The notes beneath the pieces were generated by a model. It had not been told where the DNA came from. It ran no database searches and was given only the letters and a program-made list of their open reading frames with translations. Shown piece after piece: positions 10,681-21,493 of a stretch of 64,000 bases of DNA. The translations under genes and the position numbers were made by a program. Source of the stretch: Candidatus Cloacimonadales bacterium (GTDB lineage: Bacteria; Cloacimonadota; Cloacimonadia; Cloacimonadales; JAIOQZ01); contig CAXXTU010000002.1 in assembly GCA_963662655.2 (NCBI GenBank), positions 2,016,001 to 2,080,000 of the forward strand, written 5' to 3'. How positions within the stretch are numbered: the first letter of the stretch is position 1; the number at the start of each line of letters is the position of its first letter.

Positions 10681-13404
10681 ATGAAACTCATATACAAGAT
10701 ATTCATCTTCGTAGTCCTGGCGTTGCTAGCTCTGATCATTGTCCTGTTTATAACAGGCCTTAACCAGATCAACAAAATCACTTACGATCTCAACCATGAA
10801 GTGATGTCATCGGAGCTCAGCGAACTGCTACAGAAGATAGAAACAAGCTACAAGGTACTTGAGGACACAGGGCTTACCGAAATGACGGGGTATGTTCAAT
10901 CAGCTCAGAACGAAGTATTGGACGTGTTCAGGAAGTATACGTTCCGTGAAACCGGATATGTCTTTATTACTGATAAGGATAAGAGGGCCGTTTTTCATCC
11001 CACAATAAAACCCGGCGAGAATATGAACTTCCCATTTATCAGCGACATGCTCCAGCAGAAAGACGGTTTCATGCGCTATACATACAATGGTGAGACGAAG
11101 TATGCCCGATTCGCTTCTTTTGAGCCCTGGAACTGGCTGATTGTCATTGGAATTTCGCAAGAGGAATTGTTCGCTCAAAGAAACGATTTCGTCAAGCTCG
11201 TGCTGATCATCTCGCTCGTAATGCTTATCATCAGCTTGGTTGCCTTCTACTTCGCGATTGATAGAATTGTGCTGAAACCGATACGCTCCGTTATCAATAT
11301 AACGACCAATATCAGTCAGGACATCTCCATGGGTAACCTGAACACACGCGGTTCCCCGATGGACGTAGCGATTGATTTCCGCGGTATCATCGATCAGATG
11401 AACAACCTGATCGACTCCTTCGTGAAGCCGATCAATTTCATGGTGGCGTACATTGACGATATCGCCAAGGGAGCGATCCCGGAAAGAATTACGGAAGAAT
11501 ACCATGGCGATTTCAACAAAGTGAAAGAGAACCTCAACGGCGCGATCGATGTTATGAACGGACTGATCAGCGATACGGCCGAATTGAACCACGCCTGCCT
11601 GAACGGTCGTTTCACGAAGAGAAGCGACACATCGAGGTATCAGAATAGCTGGAAGGACCTCGTCCAGGGGCTCAATTCGATCGTGAATACTTTCGAAAAC
11701 ATCATGGATTCAATCCCATTTCCGATTGCCGTGCTGGACATGGAGAAGCGTACGAGTTTCATCAATGACGAAATGGAGAAACTCAGCCGAATCAAACGTG
11801 AAACGGTTATCGGTGTTCGCAATGACCAGATCGACAGCCCTCTGGCAAAGATTGCCCTTGGTTTCTACGAGTCCATCGGTAGAAATGAAAAACGCAAGTA
11901 CCTCGACTATGAGAAATACAAACTTCAGGTCGACGCAGATTTCATCAGGGATGAGAAAGGCAAGAACGTTGCCTTGATCCAAATCCTCCAGGATATAACC
12001 GAAGCGGAACGAATTAAAAACGAGATCGAAGAAAAGGCGGCCTATACCCAGGTTGAGATCAATCGTCTCGCGAGCAACCTGCAAAACATCGCGGAAGGTA
12101 ATCTCAGCATCGACAAGAACATCGCAAAAGCCGACGAGAACACAAGAGACGTCTATGAGAACTTCTCGACCATCGCGAAGAACCTCGAAGGTATGATGGG
12201 AACGATCAACGAGCTGGTTGACGGTGTCGGCGATTACGCCCAGGCGATCAAGGACGGTGAGATCGATCGCGTCAATTTCGACATCAGAAAGTACATGGGC
12301 TCCTACCGCGAGATATTCGTTGGCTTGAACGACGCGGCCAAGGCCAATCTCGAGCCCATCAACGAAATCCTCGAAGTGATGCAGCGCATGGCAAACGGCG
12401 ATCTTACCGGCTCCATCGACGGCGAATACGAAGGAAGCTTCAAAGCGCTGAAGGAAGCGGTGAACCGCTCATTGAACTCCATCAACGATATCCTTTCACA
12501 GGTGAACGTGGCTGTGGAGCAGGTAGCATCCGGCTCCAGGCAGGTCTCCGACGCCAGCACTTCTCTATCGCAGGGCGCAACGGAGCAGGCTTCCTCACTG
12601 GAAGAGATCACAGCTTCGCTGCATGAGGTAGCTTCTCAGACTCGCTTGAACGCGGACAACGCAAACCAGGCGAACAACCTGTCCATCGATTCGCAGAAAT
12701 CGGCAAAAGCGGGTAACGAGCAGATGCAGAACCTGATGAACGCCATGAACGCGATCAACGAATCGAGTAACAACATCAAGAAGATCATCAAGACGATCGA
12801 CGAGATCGCCTTCCAGACGAACATCCTCTCCCTGAATGCCGCCGTTGAAGCTGCCCGTGCGGGCAAGCATGGCAAGGGCTTTGCCGTGGTGGCGGAAGAG
12901 GTTCGAAATCTGGCTGCGCGAAGTGCGGAAGCAGCCCAGGAGACCTCCGAGATGATCGAGGACTCGATCAAGAAGATCGACAACGGTACGCAGATCGCGA
13001 ACCAGACAGCGCAATCGCTGGATGAAATTGTGACCGGCGCTACCAAGACCACCGACATCGTCGGCGAGATCGCGGCGGCGTCCAATGAACAGGCGAAGGC
13101 TGTCGAGCAGGTCAATATTGGCCTCAGGCAGGTTGAACAGGTGACGCAGCAGAACACCTCGACCGCTGAAGAAAGCGCTTCCGCATCGGAAGAGCTGAGC
13201 GGACAGTCCGAACAACTCCGTCAGATGATCAGTCAGTTCACGTTGAAGGACGACATGCACTCTTACGGCGGTAAGTCGAAAGCAAACGAGCGTCGCCAGA
13301 AACAACCGAAGATGCTGCCTGAATCGAGGAAACAAAAGATCAAAGAATATACTCCCGACGACGTCATATCTCTGGACGATGACGACTTCGGCAAGTACTC
13401 TTGA
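10681..13404 (+). CDS. Methyl-accepting chemotaxis protein (Cache, HAMPs, PAS-like, MA domain)
   Basis: Two TM segments. MA signature '[37 protein letters not shown]'. C-terminal 'DDDFGKYS' resembles a CheR tether. Confidence 0.95.
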   Translation: MKLIYKIFIFVVLALLALIIVLFITGLNQINKITYDLNHEVMSSELSELLQKIETSYKVLEDTGLTEMTGYVQSAQNEVLDVFRKYTFRETGYVFITDKDKRAVFHPTIKPGENMNFPFISDMLQQKDGFMRYTYNGETKYARFASFEPWNWLIVIGISQEELFAQRNDFVKLVLIISLVMLIISLVAFYFAIDRIVLKPIRSVINITTNISQDISMGNLNTRGSPMDVAIDFRGIIDQMNNLIDSFVKPINFMVAYIDDIAKGAIPERITEEYHGDFNKVKENLNGAIDVMNGLISDTAELNHACLNGRFTKRSDTSRYQNSWKDLVQGLNSIVNTFENIMDSIPFPIAVLDMEKRTSFINDEMEKLSRIKRETVIGVRNDQIDSPLAKIALGFYESIGRNEKRKYLDYEKYKLQVDADFIRDEKGKNVALIQILQDITEAERIKNEIEEKAAYTQVEINRLASNLQNIAEGNLSIDKNIAKADENTRDVYENFSTIAKNLEGMMGTINELVDGVGDYAQAIKDGEIDRVNFDIRKYMGSYREIFVGLNDAAKANLEPINEILEVMQRMANGDLTGSIDGEYEGSFKALKEAVNRSLNSINDILSQVNVAVEQVASGSRQVSDASTSLSQGATEQASSLEEITASLHEVASQTRLNADNANQANNLSIDSQKSAKAGNEQMQNLMNAMNAINESSNNIKKIIKTIDEIAFQTNILSLNAAVEAARAGKHGKGFAVVAEEVRNLAARSAEAAQETSEMIEDSIKKIDNGTQIANQTAQSLDEIVTGATKTTDIVGEIAAASNEQAKAVEQVNIGLRQVEQVTQQNTSTAEESASASEELSGQSEQLRQMISQFTLKDDMHSYGGKSKANERRQKQPKMLPESRKQKIKEYTPDDVISLDDDDFGKYS

Positions 13405-13415
13405 TGACATACCTT

Positions 13416-13440
13416 GGGAAGCGGGGTTTTCCCGCTTCCC
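13416..13440 (+). other. GC-rich intercistronic hairpin between mcp and cheR (stability element or weak terminator)
   Basis: GGGAAGCGGG / CCCGCTTCCC 10-bp stem with no good U-tract. Confidence 0.5.
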
Positions 13441-13466
13441 ATTAATAAAAGAATGGATGTTACCTT

Positions 13467-14300
13467 ATGGGTTTTTTAGTCGAAATCACCGATTCCGAAT
13501 TCGAGAAGATGCGAAAACTGATTTACGACCAGTTTGGCATTCGTCTTACCGAGCAGAAGCGGACACTGCTGGTATCACGCCTGCAGAAGGTTTTCCGCAC
13601 ACGTGGCATCAGTTCGTTTTCCGAGTACTACGATTACGTTGTCTCCGATGCTTCACGCCAGGCCCTGACAGAGCTCGTGAACTACATCTCGACGAACCAC
13701 ACGTTCTTCTATCGCGAACACGACCACTTCGATCACTTCCAGAAGCACTCCTTCCCGGAGCTCATCCGCAGGCTCAAGCAAGAGAATTCGAGAGACATCC
13801 GCATCTGGAGCGCCGGGTGTTCCAGTGGTGAAGAACCTTATATGCTGGTAATCCTCATGATGGAGGTTCTCGGATCCGATTACAAGAACTGGGACGCCGG
13901 AATTCTGGCCACGGACATCTCGATGAAGGTTCTCGAAATCGCGCGAAAGGGAATCTACGAGAAAGAACGCCTGGATTTGCTGCCGGACAACTACAAGAAG
14001 AAATACTTCAACAAGCTGGATGCGCAACGCTACGAAGTTAAACCTGAAGTAAAGCGCGAAGTAACGTTCGGAAGATTCAACCTGATGAACGACACATATC
14101 CTTTCAGTAAAGAGTTTCACATGACGTTTTGCAGGAATGTGATGATCTATTTCGACGAGCCCACAAAGGAAAGGGTGGTCAATCGCTTCTGCGATACCCT
14201 CGAGGTGGGCGGATACTTCTATATCGGTCACTCGGAAACCATCCGCAGATTCGAAAGGTTCGAATACCTTCAGCCTGCACTGTACAGAAGGAAATACTGA
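13467..14300 (+). CDS. cheR: Chemotaxis methyltransferase CheR
   Basis: 'STNHTFFYRE', 'IWSAGCSSGEEPY', 'ATDIS', 'FCRNVMIYF', 'GHSE'. Confidence 0.95.
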   Translation: MGFLVEITDSEFEKMRKLIYDQFGIRLTEQKRTLLVSRLQKVFRTRGISSFSEYYDYVVSDASRQALTELVNYISTNHTFFYREHDHFDHFQKHSFPELIRRLKQENSRDIRIWSAGCSSGEEPYMLVILMMEVLGSDYKNWDAGILATDISMKVLEIARKGIYEKERLDLLPDNYKKKYFNKLDAQRYEVKPEVKREVTFGRFNLMNDTYPFSKEFHMTFCRNVMIYFDEPTKERVVNRFCDTLEVGGYFYIGHSETIRRFERFEYLQPALYRRKY

Positions 14301-14302
14301 TC

Positions 14303-15355
14303 ATGTCAAAAATATACAAGCTCCTTATCATCGACGACTCCGCACTCGTACGCAACATCCTGGCCAAGGGACTCGCCCAAGATCCGGAAATTGAAGTTGT
14401 CGCTACCGCGAAAGATCCCTACGACGCAAGAGACAAGATTCTTCAGTATCATCCCGATGTTCTGACGCTGGATGTAGAAATGCCGCGCATGGACGGCGTT
14501 GAATTCCTGCGTCGACTCCTGCCGCAATACCCGATCCCCGTGGTCATGGTTAGCGCGCTGACCGAAAAGGGCAAGACCATCACGCTGGACGCGCTGGACG
14601 CCGGGGCGATCGATTTTGTCACCAAGCCGTCCTATGGCGTAGCCAGCGGCCTGAACGACATGCTGAACGAGCTGGCGATCAAGGTCAAGATGGCGGCCAA
14701 GATCGACGTTTCCCACATGAAGAAGATCGCTCATCACAAGACGACGCCGATCAACCCGACCGCGCTGGCGGTATCCACGGACAAGGTAATCGCGATCGGC
14801 GCATCGACAGGTGGAACGGAAGCGATCCGTGCCGTTATCACAAGATTCCCGCGGAACATGAGCGGCGTGGTTATCGTGCAGCACATGCCGGCAGGCTTCA
14901 CGAAGATGTTCTCCAAGCGAATGGACGAAATTTGCCAGATGGAAGTCAAGGAAGCGCAGAGCGGAGACCGCGTGATGAACGGCCGCGTCCTGATCGCGCC
15001 GGGCGGTTACCACATGGAGCTGGTTCGTTCGGGCGGTATCTACAAGGTGGTATGCCGCGAGAGCGGTGAGAACGTGTGCGGCCACAAACCCTCGGTGGAA
15101 GTGTTGTTCAGGTCGGTGGCTAAGCACGCAGGCGCAAACGCGGTGGGCGTGATGCTTACGGGCATGGGACACGATGGAGCCGATGGAATGGTTGAGATGA
15201 GAAACGCCGGCGCACGGACAATGGCCCAGGACGAAGAAACTTCCGTGGTGTTCGGAATGCCGAAGGAGGCATACGTTCGCGGAGGCGCGGAAAAACTGGT
15301 GCCGCTGGACGATATTCCGCGGGAGATTATCAAGCAACTGACTTCAATGAAATAA
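14303..15355 (+). CDS. cheB: Chemotaxis methylesterase CheB (REC plus esterase)
   Basis: 'TLDVEMPRMDG', 'GASTGG', 'QHM', 'LTGMGHDGA', 'VVFGMP'. Start at ATG 14303. Confidence 0.95.
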   Translation: MSKIYKLLIIDDSALVRNILAKGLAQDPEIEVVATAKDPYDARDKILQYHPDVLTLDVEMPRMDGVEFLRRLLPQYPIPVVMVSALTEKGKTITLDALDAGAIDFVTKPSYGVASGLNDMLNELAIKVKMAAKIDVSHMKKIAHHKTTPINPTALAVSTDKVIAIGASTGGTEAIRAVITRFPRNMSGVVIVQHMPAGFTKMFSKRMDEICQMEVKEAQSGDRVMNGRVLIAPGGYHMELVRSGGIYKVVCRESGENVCGHKPSVEVLFRSVAKHAGANAVGVMLTGMGHDGADGMVEMRNAGARTMAQDEETSVVFGMPKEAYVRGGAEKLVPLDDIPREIIKQLTSMK

Positions 15356-15375
15356 TAACCAACAAAGGACTGGCA

Positions 15376-16617
15376 ATGAGGGGATTATCTGCCGACAACG
15401 TTGAAGGTTCGCATGTATTGATCGTGGACGACGAAGCGCATAACACAATGCTTCTCCAGACGATCCTCGCAAAAGAGAACTATCGCTGCTCGATCGCTCA
15501 AAACGCCGAAGAGGCCTTCATTCTCATAAGCCAGGAGCTCCCCGACATCATCCTTCTGGACATCATGATGCCGGATATCGACGGTTACGAGGTGTGCCGG
15601 AGGCTCAAGAAGGATCCAGAAACGCACCATATACCCATCATTTTTGTCTCGGTGAACAACACGACGGAGCAAATCATCAAGGGATTCGAGATCGGGGCGG
15701 TGGATTACATCACCAAGCCGTTCCACCCTCGTGAAGTCGTCGTCAGGGTGAAGAACCATCTGCTGCTCAAACACTCTCGCGATATCATCAATCAGTACAA
15801 TGCCCGGCTGGAGCAGATGCTCCAGAAGCGAACGGAAGACCTGATCCGTACAGAGCGGCAAGCCGCTTTCGGGCAGATGATCCAGGGCATCGTCCACAAC
15901 CTGAGGTCACCCCTGTCGGTGATGTCGATGGGCGTGGAATATCTGGAGATGTTGAGCGAGAAAATCTACAAGGTTCTCAAGGAGACCCCCTACAATATCC
16001 AGCCCGTCTTCAAGGAGTTGAACGAAGCGCACGAAACCATCGCGGGATTGGGGTCGTCGCTGAGCAAGCTGAACATGATCGTCAGCCAGCTCATGTCGAA
16101 GAGCAGGAGCGACCAGGCGGACAAGGTCGAGCTCATCGATCTGAACACCATTCTCAAGCGCGAGATGGAGTTCTTCAAGGCGGACAAATTCTTTATCAAA
16201 GCCATTCAGTCAATCGAATTCAGCAATCACTCGCTGTGGATCAAGGTTATCCCCGCCGAAATTGCCCAGATCATCGGCAATCTGATTCGTAACGCGCTCG
16301 ACGCACTGCATGACACGCAGCATCCGACACTGATCATCGAATCGGGATGGAGCACGGATAAAGTGTGGCTCACGGTGCGTGACAATGGCCCGGGGATCCC
16401 CGAGAATCACATCGAGCTCATCTTCGATCCGTTCTTCACGACTAAGCCCTCGGTGGCTGATCAGAAAGAGGATGAACCGGTGGGTACAGGATTGGGATTG
16501 TATTACTGCAAAAAGGCCATCGAATCCTACGATGGCACGATAACCGTTGAATCTTCACCGGAAAAGGGTACTACATTCAAGATCGAATTGCCCTATCATA
16601 AAACTGAGTACAACTAA
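15376..16617 (+). CDS. REC-HisKA-HATPase hybrid kinase
   Basis: 'LIVDDE', 'LLDIMMP', H-box 'GIVHNLRSP', 'DNGPG', 'GTGLGL'. Confidence 0.9.
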   Translation: MRGLSADNVEGSHVLIVDDEAHNTMLLQTILAKENYRCSIAQNAEEAFILISQELPDIILLDIMMPDIDGYEVCRRLKKDPETHHIPIIFVSVNNTTEQIIKGFEIGAVDYITKPFHPREVVVRVKNHLLLKHSRDIINQYNARLEQMLQKRTEDLIRTERQAAFGQMIQGIVHNLRSPLSVMSMGVEYLEMLSEKIYKVLKETPYNIQPVFKELNEAHETIAGLGSSLSKLNMIVSQLMSKSRSDQADKVELIDLNTILKREMEFFKADKFFIKAIQSIEFSNHSLWIKVIPAEIAQIIGNLIRNALDALHDTQHPTLIIESGWSTDKVWLTVRDNGPGIPENHIELIFDPFFTTKPSVADQKEDEPVGTGLGLYYCKKAIESYDGTITVESSPEKGTTFKIELPYHKTEYN

Positions 16618-17720
16618 GCTCTCTCACACCTCGCATCGACAATCATCTTCAGGCGATCAATCTCGAGCCTGAGGTTCTTTGCCTCATTCTCGTGCCGCTC
16701 CTGCATCAGGTTCAAGTCTTTCGCGTGGCGATCCACGTACATGGAGTGCGTCAACTTGCAATGAACTCTCATGGAGCTGAGTGCAGTAATTAACTTGCCT
16801 CTTCCTTCATGGATCGATGCCATCAGGAAGAAGCCGTTCGTGTATTCTTCGCGGATTTTATACTTCCAGGCAAGGACAATTGCCGTACGGGCATCCTCAA
16901 AGGCATGCTCGTATTCATGCATGTCGAGATAGTTCTGAGCGCTGGAGAGATATACATTGGGCAAGAGGAAATTCATTTGCAGTTTTTCGGTGATCTGCTT
17001 CGCTTTGGTGAAGTACTCCTGCGCCTGCTCCAAATTATGCATTGAGTGATTCCATAATCCCAGATTGTACAGGACGTTAACGTAAAGGCGGGGATTGTTC
17101 GAGTGCTCTTCGAACATTTTGAGCGCCGTCGAGAAAAATTTATACGCCAGATCACGATTATCCAGCTTGTCAAGCTGAACAAGCAAATCACGAATCAGGG
17201 GATTGACGATTTTGCCTTCGGCCATAGCGTCCTTCAGCATTTTCACGGCCTCGAGCTTCTGGTAGTCGAAGCGATCCGTCTTAGTCTCCCAATAAACGCC
17301 ACCGATGTTCGAGAGGTTCACGGCAATCTGTTCGTTCTTCTGAAACAAGGCTGTGTAGTAGAGGGACTTCAGATAGCAATCGAGGCACTCTTCCAGGCGA
17401 TTCAACCGGAAATACACCATCCCCATATTGTTGAAAACGGAAGGCGACTGCTTCTCGTTCTCGCGATCCAGAAAAGCCATAGCCTGGAAGCCATAATGAA
17501 GGGCCTTCTCATTGTCTCCCACAAAATAATGAGTAACCATCAGCACGTTAAAAGAGTCACATATCAGCTTTCCGGAGCCAATATCCTCCGCATTGCGAAG
17601 CGCACGCAAACCGTAATCCTTGCTTGTTTCAAAGTCTTGTTCCCAGTTCGCACGGGCAATCTCGAGCAACTGCCCAATTTCTTTCTCTTTGTTACTCACG
17701 GTTCGTGATATTTTCGTCAT
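16614..17720 (-). CDS. Tetratricopeptide-repeat protein
   Basis: Repeated 'NNMGMVY', 'SNIGGVY', 'YNLGLW' TPR helices and a C-terminal coiled coil. Confidence 0.8.
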   Translation of the reverse strand: MTKISRTVSNKEKEIGQLLEIARANWEQDFETSKDYGLRALRNAEDIGSGKLICDSFNVLMVTHYFVGDNEKALHYGFQAMAFLDRENEKQSPSVFNNMGMVYFRLNRLEECLDCYLKSLYYTALFQKNEQIAVNLSNIGGVYWETKTDRFDYQKLEAVKMLKDAMAEGKIVNPLIRDLLVQLDKLDNRDLAYKFFSTALKMFEEHSNNPRLYVNVLYNLGLWNHSMHNLEQAQEYFTKAKQITEKLQMNFLLPNVYLSSAQNYLDMHEYEHAFEDARTAIVLAWKYKIREEYTNGFFLMASIHEGRGKLITALSSMRVHCKLTHSMYVDRHAKDLNLMQERHENEAKNLRLEIDRLKMIVDARCERA

Positions 17721-17862
17721 AGTTCCCTCATCTTAAGAATATGCATTTCTTTCCATGTGTCAATATTTTTAAGGCCCCCAAGCTCGATTTATGAACGAGG
17801 AAATCTATAACTATATAGGCTCCAAATGAATAATCTCCAGAAAACTTTCTTTTCACCCTGTC

Positions 17863-19062
17863 CTATGAATAAAACGGCTCCACGACTCGATCCAGCACGC
17901 CATGCAGTTTCGAGATCGCAACACCGTAGTTGGTGACATCCACATGCCGTCTCGTGCATTCTCGCAGCCTTCGCATCATCTCCATGCGGTTCATCATGCA
18001 GCCGCCGCAGTGGATAACCAAAGCGTACTTTTCCAGGTCTTCCGGGAAGTCGTGACCGGCTACCACCTCGATATCGAGGTCTTTTCCGGTGTACTGCCGA
18101 AGCCAACGCGGGATTTTCACCCGGCCAATGTCGTCCGACTGCACGTGGTGCGAACACGCCTCCGCGATGAGCACCTTGTCGCCATCCTTCAGGTCGTCGA
18201 TCTTCTTCGCGCCGTCAACGAACACATCCAGGTCGCCCTTGTAGCGCGCAAAGACGGTGGAGAAAGTCGTCAGCGGGATATCGGGAGTCACGTCGCCAGA
18301 CGCCTTGAGGATCACCTGCGAATCGGTGACCACAAGGTCGGGCTCCCGCTTGAGCTTGCGGAGCGCATCCTCCAGCTCGCGTTCCTTGACGATCACGCCG
18401 ATGGCGTCGTTGTCGAGGATTTCGCGCAAGACCTGCACCTGCGGAAGGATCAAGCGCCCTTTTGGCGCTGCGAGGTCGATGGGCGTGACAAGGACAACCA
18501 GGTCCCCGGCACGGATGAGGTCGCCGATGAGCACCTTCTCGTCCAGGTATTCGCCCGGAACGATGGTGGCCATCATCTCTTTGAGCTCGGTCACACCGTC
18601 ATCGTTGACGCTCGAGACGCCCTTCCAGGGGATTCCGCGCGTCTCGCAGAACTCGATGTCCTGCGCTTTTACGTCGCTCAGATCGATCTTGTTGAACGCC
18701 ACCACGAACGGGATTTTCAATTCCTGTATCTCGTCAACGATCGTTTTCACACTTTCGTCGATTCCATCCTGATCCACGACCACGATGGCGATATCGCTGC
18801 GGAAGAGGATGCGACGGGTCGATTTGACGCGCTTTTCGCCCAGCTCGCCCACGTCGTCGATGCCGGCGGTGTCGTAGATGGTCACCGGCCCAATGGGGAG
18901 CAGCTCGTAGGGCTTGGCGACAGGATCGGTGGTGGTTCCGGCGGTTTCCGAAACGATGGCGATATCCTGTCCGGTGAGGGCGTTGATCAGCGAGGATTTA
19001 CCCGCGTTGCGCTTGCCCACGATGGCGATGATGAGTCGTTCTCCGCGCGGCGCTTTAGCCAT
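17863..19062 (-). CDS. hydF: [FeFe]-hydrogenase maturation GTPase HydF
   Basis: 'GKRNAGKSS', 'DTAG', 'NKID', 'EACSHH', 'HCGGCM'. Start ATG 19062 after GAGGA. Confidence 0.95.
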   Translation of the reverse strand: MAKAPRGERLIIAIVGKRNAGKSSLINALTGQDIAIVSETAGTTTDPVAKPYELLPIGPVTIYDTAGIDDVGELGEKRVKSTRRILFRSDIAIVVVDQDGIDESVKTIVDEIQELKIPFVVAFNKIDLSDVKAQDIEFCETRGIPWKGVSSVNDDGVTELKEMMATIVPGEYLDEKVLIGDLIRAGDLVVLVTPIDLAAPKGRLILPQVQVLREILDNDAIGVIVKERELEDALRKLKREPDLVVTDSQVILKASGDVTPDIPLTTFSTVFARYKGDLDVFVDGAKKIDDLKDGDKVLIAEACSHHVQSDDIGRVKIPRWLRQYTGKDLDIEVVAGHDFPEDLEKYALVIHCGGCMMNRMEMMRRLRECTRRHVDVTNYGVAISKLHGVLDRVVEPFYS

Positions 19063-20110
19063 TGTTCCTCCTCTTGAAGTGCGGTGAATCGCCCCATTCG
19101 CCGTAGCGGATCGATTCTCCCACCGACTGGATGCGCCCTTCGAGGCACGAGCGGCACATGCTGGCGTTTTCGTCCACGCAGGGCTTGTCCTCGTAGAGCA
19201 GGTATTGCTTGCGGTATCTGGTGTCGGTGATGACTGGCATGATAATGTTTGCACCAGCGCGTAGTCCGTATTCACGTCCCTTGGGATCGAGCGCTTGCAG
19301 CGCTGTTGTGGAGGCGATATTCACGTCTTTCAGGAAGATGCGGGTGAGCGCGACCATGCGCAGCGCCAGGTCGAGCTGACGCTCCTTGTTGAAGTCAGGC
19401 ATCTTCTCAGCCAGTGGGGTGTCGTGGTGAACAACGTACGGCCCCATACCGATCATGTCGATGTCCTTCTCCTTGAAGAAGAGGATGTCGTCGGCGAGGT
19501 CTTCGGCGGTCTGACCGGGCAGTCCGATCATGACCCCGGTTCCCACCTGATAGCCGATCTTTCTGAGATCCGCCAGGCTTTGCAGCCGCAGGTCGTGCTT
19601 GTGATCCGCCGGATGCAGGGTTTTATACAACTCTTCGTTAGAGGTCTCGATGCGCAGAAGATAACGATGTGCGCCGGCATCGAACCAGCGCCGGAAAGTC
19701 TCTTCCGTCTGCTCGCCGAGCGAAAGCGTGATGCCGAGGTTCCACTGCTCTTTGACCTTTTTCAGGATTCTTTCGACGAATGCGACGAACTGCTCGTCGC
19801 TACGCTCGCCGCTCTGTAGCACCAGGCTGCCGTAGTTGGCCTCGAAGGTCCATTTCGCCATATCGAGGATTTCCTCCTCGCTCATCATGTAGCGCTCGAC
19901 CTTGCCGTTGCTCTTGCGGATGCCGCAGTAGAAACAGTCCTTGGTGCAGATGTTGCTAAACTCGATGATGCCGCGGAAATAGACCACGTTTCCCACGTTC
20001 TCGAGCTTGATCCGGTAGGCTTCCTGAAACATCCGTTCGAGGAGCTTTTCGTCCCCGGTGGTCAGCAATTCCACCAAGTTGTCGCGGGTCAGGTTGTTGA
20101 AATCTATCAT
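19055..20110 (-). CDS. hydE: [FeFe]-hydrogenase maturation radical SAM enzyme HydE
   Basis: 'RGIIEFSNICTKDCFYCG', 'YLLRIET', 'GVMIGLPGQ', 'TTAL', 'YLLYEDKPC'. Operon context. Confidence 0.92.
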   Translation of the reverse strand: MIDFNNLTRDNLVELLTTGDEKLLERMFQEAYRIKLENVGNVVYFRGIIEFSNICTKDCFYCGIRKSNGKVERYMMSEEEILDMAKWTFEANYGSLVLQSGERSDEQFVAFVERILKKVKEQWNLGITLSLGEQTEETFRRWFDAGAHRYLLRIETSNEELYKTLHPADHKHDLRLQSLADLRKIGYQVGTGVMIGLPGQTAEDLADDILFFKEKDIDMIGMGPYVVHHDTPLAEKMPDFNKERQLDLALRMVALTRIFLKDVNIASTTALQALDPKGREYGLRAGANIIMPVITDTRYRKQYLLYEDKPCVDENASMCRSCLEGRIQSVGESIRYGEWGDSPHFKRRNNG

Positions 20111-20115
20111 AATTG

Positions 20116-21480
20116 TCAGTACCCCAGTTTGTACATGTTCTTGGGCGCCAGAAGGTCTTTCAGTTCCTCCATCGGGATGCTTTCGCTTTCGCTGATATGC
20201 TGAAGCACGGATACGCCCTTCTCCGCGGCCTCCTTGATCAGCGTTTCAACCTTGTGATAACCGAGTCGCGGAACCAGCACCGTCGCGATCAGCGGACTGC
20301 GCATCAGGTTGTCGCGGCACGATTTCTCATTGGCCTCGATGCCTTCCACACAACGTTCGCGGAAGATTTTCGATGCGTTCTGCAGGATTTCCAGCGACTC
20401 CATCATGGTGTAGGCGATCAGCGGGTAGAACTGGTTCAGCTCGAGCTGCCCGAGGCTGGTCGCGTGCGTGACGAGTGAGTCATTGGCCATAATCTTCAGT
20501 GCCGCTTGCGACACCGCCTCCGGGATTACCGGATTGACCTTCCCGGGCATGATGCTGCTCCCCGCCTGCATGGGAGGGAGCGTGATCTCGGAGAGTCCGC
20601 CGTGCGGTCCGCTGGCGAGAAGCCGTAGGTCCGAAGCGATCTTGAAGAGGTTCACTGCGTATGCCTTGAGAATGCCCGAGACCTCGGCGATGGCGTCGAG
20701 GTTCTGCGTGGCATCGACGAGGTTCTCGCCGCGCGCGATGTTCAGACCGGTGATGCGGCGCAGCACATCGGTCGTCTTGAAGATGTAGTTGCGCGGCGCA
20801 CCAAGACCGGTTCCGATGGCGGTTCCGCCGAGGTTGATCACCTTGATCCGCTCGCGGCATTTGAAGATACGCCATCTGTCGCGCGCGATGGCTTCCGCGT
20901 ATGCGCCGAACTCCTGCCCGAGCGTCATGGGGACCGCGTCCTGAAGCTGCGTCCTGCCCAGCTTAACCACGTCGTGGAAATGCTGCTCTTTCGCCTGAAA
21001 CGCATCCTGCAATTTCGCCACGTCGTTTTCCAGCGCGCGGAGTTGCTTGAGAAGCGTCACCACCACCGCGGTGGGGTAGACATCGTTGGTCGACTGGTGC
21101 ATATTCACATCGTGCAGCGGATGGATGTCGTCTCCGGCAAGCCGCGCGATCACCTCGTTCATGTTCATGTTGGTCGATGTGCCGGCGCCGCCCTGCAGGG
21201 CGTCGAGCGTGAACTGCTCGAGGTGCTTTCCGTCCGCGATTTCGCGACACGCGCTCTGGATCGCCATACCTTTTTGCTTATCCAGGTATTCCAACTCTGT
21301 ATTGGAGATGGCGCACGCCAGCTTCACTTCTGCCAGCGACCTGATGAAGAGCGGATGGCTCCGCAGTCCCGATATCGGGAAGTTCTCGTGCGCACGGGCG
21401 GTGTGGACGCCATACAGCTTGTCCGAAGGGATCGGCATCTCGCCCAGCGCGTCGCGTTCTATACGATAATCGTTGGTCAA
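20116..21480 (-). CDS. aspA: Aspartate ammonia-lyase
   Basis: 'QGGAGTSTNMNMNE', 'QSTNDVYPT', 'GRTQLQDA', 'GSSIMPGKVNP'. Likely TTG start at 21480 with GGGAG RBS just after the hydG stop. Confidence 0.9.
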   Translation of the reverse strand: MTNDYRIERDALGEMPIPSDKLYGVHTARAHENFPISGLRSHPLFIRSLAEVKLACAISNTELEYLDKQKGMAIQSACREIADGKHLEQFTLDALQGGAGTSTNMNMNEVIARLAGDDIHPLHDVNMHQSTNDVYPTAVVVTLLKQLRALENDVAKLQDAFQAKEQHFHDVVKLGRTQLQDAVPMTLGQEFGAYAEAIARDRWRIFKCRERIKVINLGGTAIGTGLGAPRNYIFKTTDVLRRITGLNIARGENLVDATQNLDAIAEVSGILKAYAVNLFKIASDLRLLASGPHGGLSEITLPPMQAGSSIMPGKVNPVIPEAVSQAALKIMANDSLVTHATSLGQLELNQFYPLIAYTMMESLEILQNASKIFRERCVEGIEANEKSCRDNLMRSPLIATVLVPRLGYHKVETLIKEAAEKGVSVLQHISESESIPMEELKDLLAPKNMYKLGY

Positions 21481-21493
21481 AAGCCGCTCCCGA

